64,000 nt of DNA from an uncultured Oscillospiraceae bacterium (GTDB taxonomy: Bacteria; Bacillota; Clostridia; Christensenellales; Aristaeellaceae): positions 41,305 to 105,304 of the forward strand of contig CAZINY010000001.1 of the NCBI GenBank assembly GCA_964540735.1, written 5' to 3'. Both the position numbers and the translations under genes were made by a program. The notes under the pieces were generated by a model, which worked only from the letters and a program-made list of their open reading frames with translations, searched no databases and was not told where the DNA came from. This document shows positions 52,813 to 62,800 of the stretch, piece by piece; position 1 is the stretch's first letter, and every line of letters starts with the position of its first letter.

Positions 52813-52993
52813 CGGATTCCAACGAAATTCGCAATTCGTTCATAAATGGCGCGGGACGGAAAACTTTTGCATAAGCACGGCCATCATAAGGGAGAAATGT
52901 GAACACAATGCAAACTTTCCGTGAAGGTTTCTGCACGAAACTTGCAAGAAAGAAAAGGTATGGCTATGATAGAAATGTTGAGGTGAGCGAGGT

Positions 52994-53662
52994 ATGCGGA
53001 TACTGCTGGCGGAGGATGAACGCGCCATAGCGGAAGCCGTCGCGGACATCTTGACCTATCATCAATATGATGTAGATACAGCCCTGCGGGGGGATGATGC
53101 GCTGCGGATGGCCCTGGCCGGGGGCTATGACGGCGCAATTCTGGACATCATGATGCCGGGGATGGACGGCTTGCAGGTGCTGTCGGAAATGCGGCGGCAG
53201 GGCGTACGCACGCCTGTGCTGTTGCTTACGGCCAAAGGTGAAGTGGAGGACAAGGTTGCCGGCTTTGAACTGGGGGCGGACGATTACCTGGTGAAGCCTT
53301 TTGCCATGGCCGAGTTGCTGGCTCGCGTCAAGGCGCTGCTGCGCCATGGCGGGGCGGTGGAAAACCTTGGCGCGGGATGCCTGCGCCTGGATACGGCCCG
53401 GGCGGCCCTGTGCTGCGGGGCGCAGTCCCAGCCTTTGAGCCGCCTGGAATACAAACTGATGGAGCTGTTTATCAGCAATCCCGGCAGAATTTACTCTGCC
53501 GACGCGCTGCTCAGCCGGGTGTGGGGGCTGGATTCGGAAGCGGAAATCGGCACCGTATGGGTGTATATTTCCTATCTGCGGAAGAAGCTGGCGTCCCTTG
53601 GGGCGGCGGCAGCCATACGTTCCAAGCGCGGCGTGGGATACTACCTGGAGGTGGAAAAATGA
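52994..53662 (+). CDS. OmpR-family response regulator
   Basis: Receiver domain (ILDIMMPGMDG, LLLTAKG) plus winged-helix (RVWG..VWVYISYLRKK). Confidence 0.9.
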   Translation: MRILLAEDERAIAEAVADILTYHQYDVDTALRGDDALRMALAGGYDGAILDIMMPGMDGLQVLSEMRRQGVRTPVLLLTAKGEVEDKVAGFELGADDYLVKPFAMAELLARVKALLRHGGAVENLGAGCLRLDTARAALCCGAQSQPLSRLEYKLMELFISNPGRIYSADALLSRVWGLDSEAEIGTVWVYISYLRKKLASLGAAAAIRSKRGVGYYLEVEK

Positions 53663-54900
53663 TACGTATGCTGCGCCGCCGCATCATTGGAGGCGCTATG
53701 GCGGCTTTTTCCATTTTGCTGGCGCTGGTCATGGGCGGTATGATCGTTTATAGCTACACGGCGTTGGAGCGGGATTCGGACCGGTTCATGGCCAACATGC
53801 TGGAAGGTACGCCGGGATATATGCAGCCCGCGTCGCCGTCCATATTCGGCTATGAGCTTGGCGAGCGGATGTTTCCCGCCGGGTTTTACGACATTACTAC
53901 GGATGCTTCGGGGGAGATTGTATCCGTGACCTCCCGGGGCATACTGGAGGATGCGGACATCGCCGTGCAGACCTATGCGGCGCAGGTGCTGCGCACGGCG
54001 GGCGAAAGCGGAAAAGTAGGCGCATACAAGTACCGCGTGGCCCGCAACGCCGACGGCTCCGCCCGCATGATTCTGCTGGATAACGCCATTGCGCTGCAGG
54101 GACTTTACAATATGCTGCGCGGCGCGCTGGCGGTGGGCGTGGCGTGCTGGGCGCTGCTTTTTCTCATCCTTCAGCCCGTGGCTTCCAAAGTGGCCCGGTC
54201 CTACGGCAAAAACGTGGAGCGGCAAAAGCAGTTCATCACCAACGCCAGCCATGAAATCAAAACGCCTGTGGCGATTATTCTGGCAAACCTGGACGTGCTG
54301 GAGCTGCACGAAGGGGAGAGCCGGTGGAGCGCCAACATACGCGCGCAGGTGGGCCGCATGAGCGACATGCTTCGTCAGCTGCTGATGCTGGCGCGCATGG
54401 ACGAACGTCAGCTTCGTTCCCAAGAGGAACGGCTGGATTTTGCGGACATGATGCAGCGGGTGCTGGAGGCCTGCCGGGAGCGAATGGAGGCCCGGCGGCT
54501 GGCCTTGATTACGGATATCCCTTCGACGCTTTGGCTGCGCGGGAACCGGGAGGCGCTGGAGCAGCTGCTGGTGGTGGTGCTGGATAACGCCGTGCAGTAT
54601 GCCAATGAGGGCGGCAGCATCTCCGTCAGGCTGCAATCGTGGCGCGGCCGCGCGCGCCTTACCCTGGAAAATACGGTGGAAACGCTTCCGGACTGCGAAC
54701 CGGACGCGCTGTTTGAGCGCTTCTATCGCGGGGATGCGGCGCATACGCAGAGCAGCGGCGGGTGTGGCGTGGGTTTGTCCGCGGCCCGCAGCATTGTGCA
54801 GATGCACGGAGGCCGCATTCAGGCCAGCTATCAGGGGGGACACGTGCTTCGAATGCAGATTGAACTGCCGCTGGGAGGCAAAGGATGGCGCTGGCGGTGA
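53659..54900 (+). CDS. Sensor histidine kinase
   Basis: Two TM segments, H-box SHEIKTPVA, N box DNAVQYA and G box GGCGVGLS. The start overlaps the RR stop (ATGA). Confidence 0.9.
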   Translation: MIRMLRRRIIGGAMAAFSILLALVMGGMIVYSYTALERDSDRFMANMLEGTPGYMQPASPSIFGYELGERMFPAGFYDITTDASGEIVSVTSRGILEDADIAVQTYAAQVLRTAGESGKVGAYKYRVARNADGSARMILLDNAIALQGLYNMLRGALAVGVACWALLFLILQPVASKVARSYGKNVERQKQFITNASHEIKTPVAIILANLDVLELHEGESRWSANIRAQVGRMSDMLRQLLMLARMDERQLRSQEERLDFADMMQRVLEACRERMEARRLALITDIPSTLWLRGNREALEQLLVVVLDNAVQYANEGGSISVRLQSWRGRARLTLENTVETLPDCEPDALFERFYRGDAAHTQSSGGCGVGLSAARSIVQMHGGRIQASYQGGHVLRMQIELPLGGKGWRWR

Positions 54901-54961
54901 GCAGGGTAGATCAGGTGTCGCTGCCTAAGGTCAGGACGCGCAGATTTTTTTCCAAAAGCCC

Positions 54962-54991
54962 TTGCATGACGGCGGGGAAGTATGGTATAAT
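54962..54991 (+). promoter_or_regulatory. Candidate sigma-A promoter of rplS
   Basis: TTGCAT, 18-nt spacer, TGgTATAAT. The leader is about 75 nt. Confidence 0.6.
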
Positions 54992-55072
54992 CTGCTTTGT
55001 GACATACGGGCGTTCCGCTGCCAGACATTGATTTGCGCATGAACGTCTATGAGGGAAGGAGGAACACTTACA

Positions 55073-55423
55073 ATGAGTGAGATTATTCGTTCTATTGAGC
55101 AGAAGCAACTCCGTACCGATCTGCCCAAGATCAGCATTGGCGACACCGTTCGGGTGTGGGTCAAGGTTGTGGAAGGCAGCCGCGAGCGTCTTCAGGCGTT
55201 CGAGGGCGTTGTGATTGCCATGCGTAACGGCGGCGTGCGCGAGACCTTCACGGTGCGCCGCGTATCCTATGGCATCGGCGTGGAGCGCACGTTCCCCATG
55301 CATTCTCCCCGCGTGGATCATGTGGAGATTATCCGCAGCGGTAAGGTGCGCCGCGCGAAGCTGTACTACCTGCGCAATCTGCAGGGCAAGGCGGCCAAGC
55401 TCAAGGAAGTCAAGCGCGTGTAA
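55073..55423 (+). CDS. rplS: 50S ribosomal protein L19
   Basis: [27 protein letters not shown] is a classic L19 sequence. Confidence 0.97.
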   Translation: MSEIIRSIEQKQLRTDLPKISIGDTVRVWVKVVEGSRERLQAFEGVVIAMRNGGVRETFTVRRVSYGIGVERTFPMHSPRVDHVEIIRSGKVRRAKLYYLRNLQGKAAKLKEVKRV

Positions 55424-55436
55424 GACATGCGGCAAG

Positions 55437-55476
55437 AAAAGTTCCGTTCTCCCATACGGGGGTACGGAACTTTTTT
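55437..55476 (+). terminator. Intrinsic terminator after rplS
   Basis: AAAAGTTCCGT ... ACGGAACTTTTTT. Confidence 0.85.
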
Positions 55477-55516
55477 ATCCCCAAGAACGGCGGGCGGAAC
55501 AAGGGAGGTACGCTGG

Positions 55517-56305
55517 ATGGAGAAACAGGCTGCCGGCGCGGTTTATGAAACAAAGACCTTTTTGGTGGCGCAGGAGCGGAGCGAGGAGGAAGAGGGCGGC
55601 GCGGCGGAGGCGCGGTGGCTGGTGCGCCTGAAAAGCGACGGTCATCCGGCGGGGCGCGTACGGCTCAGCTGGGGTATGCGTCCACGGGTAACGGTGGAGC
55701 TTTCGGCGCCCTTGCGCCGTGCGCCCGAGGTGGAGGAACTGCTCCGCCTGGCGCTCCTTGCCCTGGCGCCTCAGGCGGAGGCGCTGGGCCTCGGGGCCGC
55801 CGAAAAGGATGTGTGCGGCCGGCAGGAGCTGCTGGAGAAATACGGCTTTATGCCGGCGGGAACAGACGCTGCGGGCGAGCCGTACTTTGAACGGCCGGTA
55901 TCCCGCGCTTTCGACGCGCGCAAGGGCGTTGCCTTTTGCGGGCTGGCCTGCTGCGTGTGCGGAGAAAACGCCTGGTGCGCAGGCTGCATGCAAGACGGCT
56001 GCGCGGAGCGGGAAGGATGCAGGCACTACGTTTGCTGCCGCGGGGCAGGGCGGCAGGGCTGCTGGACGTGTTCCTCCTTTCCCTGCGAAACGGACATGTT
56101 CCGCAAACCGCGGGTCAGGGCGTTTGCACGGTATATGGCCGGGCATGGCGCGGCGTCGCTGATGGAAGTCCTGGAGCGCAATGAAAAACGGGGGCTCATG
56201 TACCATTATCCGGGGAAACTGGTGGGGGACTATGACCAGTTTGAGACGGAGCGGGAGATTCTTCTTTTTCTGGAGGGGACGGACGCCGTTTTCCGCCGGA
56301 GCTAG
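55517..56305 (+). CDS. Two-domain protein: N-terminal acetyltransferase-like fold plus C-terminal Cys-rich DUF3795-like domain
   Basis: The C-terminal half contains CGLACCVCGENAWCAGCMQDGC..C..C.. . GGGAGG RBS. Confidence 0.65.
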   Translation: MEKQAAGAVYETKTFLVAQERSEEEEGGAAEARWLVRLKSDGHPAGRVRLSWGMRPRVTVELSAPLRRAPEVEELLRLALLALAPQAEALGLGAAEKDVCGRQELLEKYGFMPAGTDAAGEPYFERPVSRAFDARKGVAFCGLACCVCGENAWCAGCMQDGCAEREGCRHYVCCRGAGRQGCWTCSSFPCETDMFRKPRVRAFARYMAGHGAASLMEVLERNEKRGLMYHYPGKLVGDYDQFETEREILLFLEGTDAVFRRS

Positions 56306-56335
56306 CGAAGCGCCGCTGTGCGCAGGGGAGGAAAA

Positions 56336-56818
56336 ATGCGGGATATACTGTTTCGGACAGACGACTATGTGTTTTCCTACCGGGTGGCCGGCATCTGCAT
56401 GGAGGAAGGCAGGCTGCTTTTACAAAAACCTGCCAACGACGAAGGCTTCGCGTTCCCTGGCGGGCATGTGGCGCTGGGAGAGACCAACGCGGAGACGTTG
56501 GCGCGGGAGTTTCGGGAGGAGCTTGGCGCGGAGATTGCGGTGGGAGCGCTGCGCTGGGTGGGAGAGATCTTTTTTCCCTGGGGGCAAAAGCCCTGCCATC
56601 AAATCTGTCTGTATTACGATGTGCGGATTACGAATCACAGCACGCCCCGGCAGGGATGCTTTGAGGGCAGAGAAAGCCTGACGGAGGGCGAGTTCCCCCT
56701 GGCGTTTCATTGGATACCCCTGGAGGAACTCGGCAATCTGCCGGTTTATCCAGTGAACGCCGCGGCGTTGCTGCGAGCGCCGAAGGACGCCGTGCAGCAC
56801 TTCATTTACCGGGAATAA
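56336..56818 (+). CDS. NUDIX hydrolase
   Basis: Nudix box GGHVALGETNAETLAREFREELG. Confidence 0.9.
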   Translation: MRDILFRTDDYVFSYRVAGICMEEGRLLLQKPANDEGFAFPGGHVALGETNAETLAREFREELGAEIAVGALRWVGEIFFPWGQKPCHQICLYYDVRITNHSTPRQGCFEGRESLTEGEFPLAFHWIPLEELGNLPVYPVNAAALLRAPKDAVQHFIYRE

Positions 56819-56823
56819 GAAAC

Positions 56824-56852
56824 GCGCCGGAAGGCGGTAAACCGTCCGGCGC
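56824..56852. terminator. Hairpin between convergent NUDIX and DUF4230 genes
   Basis: GCGCCGGA ... TCCGGCGC, an 8-bp stem. Confidence 0.45.
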
Positions 56853-56892
56853 TGGGGCTGATGCTGTTGCGCGTCCATCCGGCGCGGAAGCG

Positions 56893-57504
56893 TTATTCCG
56901 ACGCCAGCGGTTCAAAGCGGAATTCCAGATTGCTGTTGGCCATCCGCAGCCATTGGGCAATGTACTCCTCAAAAACCGTCACCGTATTTTCCCAGGCGGC
57001 CGTAGGCTGCTCCTCCGTGGCGGCGGCCCGGCGCGCCTGCCGCTCGTTTTCCAGCAGCTCCTGCCTGCGTTCATCCGTGAGGGTATACCAGGTGTCGTTG
57101 ATGGTGGAGCGCGTGTAATCCGGGGTCAAGCTATCGGAAAGCACCTCGGGCTGCGGCAGATAAAAAGTAATGGTATTGCCGCTGACCTGCAGCTGCACAT
57201 TGCTCAGATCAATGCCCACGCTGGCATGGTAATCGTATGCGATGGCAACGGACTGCACCACGCCGATCAAAAAGGCGGTGGTGGTGGAGGTCAGCACGCC
57301 CTGCTCGTCCACGGTGGTCGTTTCCAGCCGGGCAGAGGAGCGTATTTCCCGGGCCAGGGTGGCGGACTGCGTAAGCGCCGCGCCGCTCAGGTCCGGCATG
57401 CACTGCGCCGCCAGGCGGCTGGCATAGGGGAGCATCACAAAAACCAGCACAATGCACAAGGCGCTCCCCAGCACCTTGGCAAGCCAGCGCGCCACGTGTT
57501 TCAT
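56893..57504 (-). CDS. DUF4230-like membrane-anchored protein
   Basis: N-terminal TM. The pattern (AYDYHASVGIDLSNVQLQVSGNTITFYLPQPEVL) is typical of DUF4230; family name recalled, not searched. Confidence 0.65.
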   Translation of the reverse strand: MKHVARWLAKVLGSALCIVLVFVMLPYASRLAAQCMPDLSGAALTQSATLAREIRSSARLETTTVDEQGVLTSTTTAFLIGVVQSVAIAYDYHASVGIDLSNVQLQVSGNTITFYLPQPEVLSDSLTPDYTRSTINDTWYTLTDERRQELLENERQARRAAATEEQPTAAWENTVTVFEEYIAQWLRMANSNLEFRFEPLASE

Positions 57505-57758
57505 GGGTTACCTCCCACCAATGTTTCGATCCATACCAGCAGGGGGATCAGCGCATACTTTGCAATCAGAATGCCCAAAGCCAGCGTGCCAAATCCGGCC
57601 AGGAAAAGTACCAGCTTGGAGCGGCGGCGGCGCAGTCGCTTGGGCGGTGCGGAAGGCTGCCTGGCGGGCCTGCGATGTTGCGAATGTCCGCCCGGGATTT
57701 CCTCCGGGAACGCTTCCTGGTACGGCTGATCCGGCGGAAGATGTTTTTCCGTACGCAT
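57501..57758 (-). CDS. Small membrane protein (85 aa), hypothetical
   Basis: Pro/Arg-rich N-terminus and one TM segment. Its stop overlaps the downstream start (ATGA-type coupling). AAAGGAGG lies upstream. Confidence 0.5.
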   Translation of the reverse strand: MRTEKHLPPDQPYQEAFPEEIPGGHSQHRRPARQPSAPPKRLRRRRSKLVLFLAGFGTLALGILIAKYALIPLLVWIETLVGGNP

Positions 57759-57957
57759 GCTTCTGCGTAACCTCCTTTTTTTCTTTCCTTGACATTATAC
57801 GTTATTTTTCGCGAAAAAGCATCATTATATTTCGACTTTTACAAATTGCCGGTTCCATATATAAATGAAGAAACCCCTTGCAATTTCCCGGAAAGAATGG
57901 TATTACTTAAGGGAAATTCTTTTTCCTCATGGAATTCCAGAAATTGGAAGGTGTATT

Positions 57958-58872
57958 ATGGAAATCAACTGGTATCCGGGACACATGGCCAAAGCGAAAC
58001 GGCAGCTGGCGCAGCAACTGGGCCGTGTGGACCTGGTGATAGAGCTTTGCGACGCGCGGCTGCCCCACGCCAGCCGCAACCCGGATTTGGACCGGCTCGT
58101 GGCCGGAAAAACGCGGGTGTTGCTGCTGAATAAGGCTGACCTGGCCGACCCGAACCAAACGCAGGCGTGGTTGCGCCTGTTCCGCCGACAGGGCCTGGAG
58201 GCCATGGCCTATGTTTCCACCTCGGGCAAGGTGAAGGAGGCGCTGGCGCTCATTGACAGCGCCGCCCGCGCGGCTGTGGAACGCGCTGCGGAGAAGGGCA
58301 TGCGGAAAACCGTGCGGGCCATGGTGGTGGGTGTGCCCAATGTGGGGAAAAGCACCTTTATCAACCGCCTGCACGGGGGAAACATTGCGAAGGTGGGGGA
58401 CCGCCCAGGGGTGACCCGGGCCAATCAGTGGGTGAAAATCACGCCCTATCTGGAGCTGATGGATACGCCCGGGCTGCTTTGGCCGCGGCTGGATGATAAG
58501 CGGGCGGCGGAGCGCCTGTGCTATATTGGCACGGTAAAGGACGAAGTGGTGGACGTGGCCATGCTGGCGATCCATTTGCTGGAGGATTTGCTGGCCGTGT
58601 GCCCGGCGAACGTGGCGGAGCGCTTCAAGCTCAAGGATACCGGCCTGCGCGGGGTGGAGCTGCTGGAGGCGGTATGTCGCGGCCGGGGGTTTTTGATGAA
58701 GGGAAATGTCTGCGATCTGGATCGCGGCTGCGCGGTGGTATTGGATGAGTTCCGGGCGGGCAAGCTGGGGCATATCACCCTGGAAGCGCCGGTTGTGGAA
58801 ACGCCGCGCCGCATGACCCTGCCAGGCGCTGGGGAAAATGTGTCCCGGGAGGAAGAACATGGCGAGGATTGA
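57958..58872 (+). CDS. rbgA: Ribosome biogenesis GTPase YlqF/RbgA
   Basis: WYPGHMAKA start and circularly permuted GTPase motifs (LLNKADL, GVPNVGKST, DTPG). Confidence 0.95.
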   Translation: MEINWYPGHMAKAKRQLAQQLGRVDLVIELCDARLPHASRNPDLDRLVAGKTRVLLLNKADLADPNQTQAWLRLFRRQGLEAMAYVSTSGKVKEALALIDSAARAAVERAAEKGMRKTVRAMVVGVPNVGKSTFINRLHGGNIAKVGDRPGVTRANQWVKITPYLELMDTPGLLWPRLDDKRAAERLCYIGTVKDEVVDVAMLAIHLLEDLLAVCPANVAERFKLKDTGLRGVELLEAVCRGRGFLMKGNVCDLDRGCAVVLDEFRAGKLGHITLEAPVVETPRRMTLPGAGENVSREEEHGED

Positions 58873-59485
58873 CCGCGGGCAGCGGGCAGCGCAGCTGTTT
58901 GCCACGGACCGCCCTTTCTGGGAACAGGGGTTGGTGGTGGCCGGCATGGACGAAGTGGGCCGCGGGCCTTTGGCAGGCAACGTGGTGGTGGCTTGCGTAG
59001 TGATGCCGCAGGAACCCTTGCTGCCATGGGTGGACGACAGCAAAAAGCTGTCGGAGAGCCGCCGGGAAAAGGTTTATGAGGAGATCCTGTCCATGGCGCG
59101 TTATGTGGGCATCGGGCAGGTTTCCCCCGGGGAGATTGACGAGATCAACATTCTGGAGGCTACCCGCAAGGCCATGCGGGAAGCAGCGGCGCAGGTGCCC
59201 GCCGATGTGTTCCTGATTGACGCCGTGACCAATCTGGGGCTGCAGGGCATGGAAGTCCCGATCATCAAAGGGGACGCTACCTCCTACGCCATCGCCGCCG
59301 CAAGCATTGTGGCCAAGGTAACCCGGGACCGGCAGATGCTGGAGCTGGACAAGCGCTATCCGCAGTATGGCTTTGCCCGGCACAAGGGTTACGGGACCGC
59401 GGAACATCTGGCGGCCCTGCGCCGGTATGGACCGCTGCCGGAGCACCGCAGGAGCTTTCTGAAAAAGCTCCTGCCCAGCCCATGA
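58859..59485 (+). CDS. rnhB: Ribonuclease HII
   Basis: GMDEVGRGPLAGNVV and DSKKLS motifs. Overlaps the rbgA 3' end. Confidence 0.95.
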   Translation: MARIDRGQRAAQLFATDRPFWEQGLVVAGMDEVGRGPLAGNVVVACVVMPQEPLLPWVDDSKKLSESRREKVYEEILSMARYVGIGQVSPGEIDEINILEATRKAMREAAAQVPADVFLIDAVTNLGLQGMEVPIIKGDATSYAIAAASIVAKVTRDRQMLELDKRYPQYGFARHKGYGTAEHLAALRRYGPLPEHRRSFLKKLLPSP

Positions 59486-59838
59486 AAGCGGATGAACTGG
59501 GCCGCCAGGGCGAGGCGCAGGCGGAAACCTATTTGGAGGGTTTGGGCATGCGCCTCCTGGCCCGCAGGTATCGCGGGGGCGGTGGCGAATTGGATCTGGT
59601 CATGGAGGACGGGGAACAGGTGGTCTTTGTGGAGGTCAAGGCGTCCGGCGGCGGTACTGCGGGCGACGGTATGTGCCGGGTGACGCCGGCCAAGCGCCGG
59701 CGAATCGTCCGCGCGGCTTCCGCATTTTTGCTGGAAAGGGAATGGATGGAGCGTCCCGCGCGTTTTGATGTGGTGGAGATTACCGCGGCGGGGCTGCGCC
59801 ATGTGCCCTGCGCCTTTTGCGCGGGTCCATGGGACTGA
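59482..59838 (+). CDS. yraN: YraN family (UPF0102) endonuclease-like protein
   Basis: GELDLVM..VVFVEVK PD-(D/E)xK-like core. Conserved rnhB-yraN linkage. Confidence 0.85.
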   Translation: MKADELGRQGEAQAETYLEGLGMRLLARRYRGGGGELDLVMEDGEQVVFVEVKASGGGTAGDGMCRVTPAKRRRIVRAASAFLLEREWMERPARFDVVEITAAGLRHVPCAFCAGPWD

Positions 59839-59895
59839 CCGGTGGCGGACGCTTGGGAAGGTTTTCCCGTCAACTTATGAAGTCGAGGTGTGAAC

Positions 59896-62800
59896 ATGTA
59901 CAAACGGGTGCTCCTGTGCTTTGCGCTTTGCTGCTGCCTGCTGCTCGCCGTTGCGGCCCTGGGGGAGGAAGCGCAAGAGAATCTGCTGTACAATGGCAGC
60001 TTTGAAGTAATCGGCGAAGACGGCATGCCGGACGGATGGTATACCGACCAGTACAACCGTCAGGAGGGATATAGCAATTTTGCCGTGCTCACCGGGGACG
60101 CCCAGGAAGGTCAGCACAGCGTGCAGATCGAGAACCTGGGGGACAACGACGCGCGGTTTGCCCAGACGGTGGAGGTGGAGCCGGAAAGCCTGTACTGCCT
60201 TTCCGGCTACATCCGGGCGGAAGAGATTCCCGACAGCGGGCTGGGCGCCAACTTGTCCGTGAAAGGGCTGTACGTATTCAGCGAAAGCGTCTTTGACACA
60301 GCGGGTCAATGGCAATACGTTGAAATGTACGGCGAAACCGGTCCGGACCAAAGCGAAGTGACCGTTTTTGCGCGCCTGGGCGGATACAGCGGAGAGAGCC
60401 GCGGCATCGCGGCGTTTGACAACCTGTCCCTGCGCCAGGTGGACGCCGTGCCCGGCACGGGCGTGGCCAGCCTTTGGTTCAAGCTGGATACCGGGGAAAC
60501 GCTGGCGGACACCGTGGACACGGAGGAAACCGAGGCGGAACCCTTCTGGCCCTGGCTGCTTTTCGTCAGCGCCCTGTACGCGGTGGCGGCCGTGATTGCT
60601 TGCGACGTACTGATGCGCCGCCGCAAGGAAGGCGAGCTGCCAACATCCAAGAAGATGCGCGCGCCTGCGTTCCTGACGCTTGCGCTGGTGGCGGCGGGAT
60701 TGGCGCGTCTTACGGTGGCATGCCTGGTCAGCGGCTATCAGGTGGACGTGAACTGCTTCCGCGCCTGGGGCGCGTCCATGGCGCAGCTGGGTCCCGGCGG
60801 ATTTTATGGGAGCGATCAATTCTGCGATTATCCTCCGGCGTATCTGTATGTGCTGTGGCTGGATTATGGGCTGATCAGCTTGATGAACAGCATCGCGCCC
60901 GCCGGTTTTGTAAGCTGGTTCGCCACGCTGGGACTGGGGTCCTATTATGACGTGATGTCCGTAGCGGTCATCAAGCTGGTGCCCATGGCCTGCGACCTGG
61001 GAGCGGCGTATCTGCTCTACCGGGTGGGCAGGACGCGCCTGGGCAACCGGGCGGCGGCGGCGCTGGCCTCGCTGCTGGCCTTCAATCCTGCGCTTTTCCT
61101 GAACAGTGCGGCCTGGTGCCAAATGGACAGCGTGCTGTGCCTGCTGCTGGCGTTGGTGGCCTTGAAGGCCATGGAGCGGAACTGGCGCGCGGCGCTGCCC
61201 CTTTATATGCTTAGCGTGCTGGTCAAGCCACAGGCGCTGATGCTGGGGTTCCTGGGATTGCTGGCCCTGATAATGGCCTGGGTCAAGTACCGGGAAGACC
61301 GGCGCGCCATGGCGCAGGGCGCGGGTATCGCGGTGCTGACGGCACTGGCGGTCGTGCTGCCCTTCTCCCTGGGCAGCGGGCTGAGCTGGGACTGGCTCAT
61401 TCAGCTGTACACGGAGACGCTTTCGTCCTACTCCTACGCCACGGTCAACATGGCGAACCTGTACTATCTTTTTAACGGCAACTGGGTGGATACTGCCGCT
61501 TCAGCGGGTTGGGCGTTGCCGCTGTTCCTGGCGGCGCTTTGCGCCGTCTGGAGCGCTGTGACCCTGGTCCGTCAGCGGAAGAAGCTGCGCTGGTTCTGGG
61601 TGGAACCGGCGGCGCTGGCCTGCTTTGCGGGATATTATCTGGCGGCGGTCTTTGTGCGCCCTGCCTATACCTGGCTGGGCGTACCGGCCATGGCGCTTTG
61701 CATCCTGATGACGCTGGGCATGTATCTGCGGGGCGGGAAGCTGGAAAACCTGCCCCTGGCGGGCGGCATACTGTTTGTGCTGCTGTGCGTGTTCGGGCTG
61801 AAAATGCATGAACGGTATCTGTTCCCGGCGCTGCTTTTCTTCGCGCTGGCTTTTGTGCAGCGCAGGGACCGCCGCATATTGGCATTGCTGGTCTGCTGTT
61901 CGCTGACCATCTTTGTCAATGCGGGCATCGTGTTGGACAATTCCCTGCGCTTGGGTTCTTCCATGGGCCATCTGAACAACGATACGCGGTGGCTTAACAA
62001 TCTGCTTTCCGTGGTCAACCTGCTCACGGCGCTGCTTGCCGTTTGGACGGGGCAGCGGGTGATGGTGGAGGGGCAGCCGCAGGAGGAGCAGGGGACCCTG
62101 CGCCTGTGGAAGCCCGCTTTATTGCAGGCGAAACCCGGCGGCGTGCTGGAAGCGCGCTATGACGCCGGCCTGCACTGGAAGCGCGTGGATACGCTGCTGG
62201 TGGCCGCGGTAACGCTGGTTTACGGCGCGCTGGCCTTGTGCAACCTGGGCAGCACCAAGGCCCCGCAGAACCCCTGGAAATCCACCGACGCCACCGAGCA
62301 GGTGGTCATCGACCTGGGCGAGCATTATGACGATTTCCGCATGCTGTATTTTGCCCAGGTAAGTTACAGCGACTTCTCCGTGGCCGTGAGCGAGGACGGG
62401 GAACTGTGGAGCCAGGAATACTGGGCGCAGATGGATCAAGGGCAGTGCTTCCGCTGGATGTACCTGACGACCTACACCGTTGCGGCGGATGGCAGCCGTT
62501 CCTACGACGGTTACGGCACGCCGCAGACGCTGTCCGGGCGGTATGTGCGCATTACGGCGCAGCAGATCGGCCTGATCCTGGACGAGGTGATTTTCCGCCT
62601 GGAGGATCAGACGGTGCTTCCGGCGCAGGTGGTTGGACGCTATAACGCCAACGAAGCGTCCACGCTGCTCAGCGATCCGGCGAATCTCCTGGACGAGCAG
62701 GATACGCTGGAAGGAGAACCCAGCTGGTACAACAGCACCTATTTTGATGAAATTTATCACGCGCGGACAGCCTTCGAGCTGCTCAACGGCACCTCCGTAT

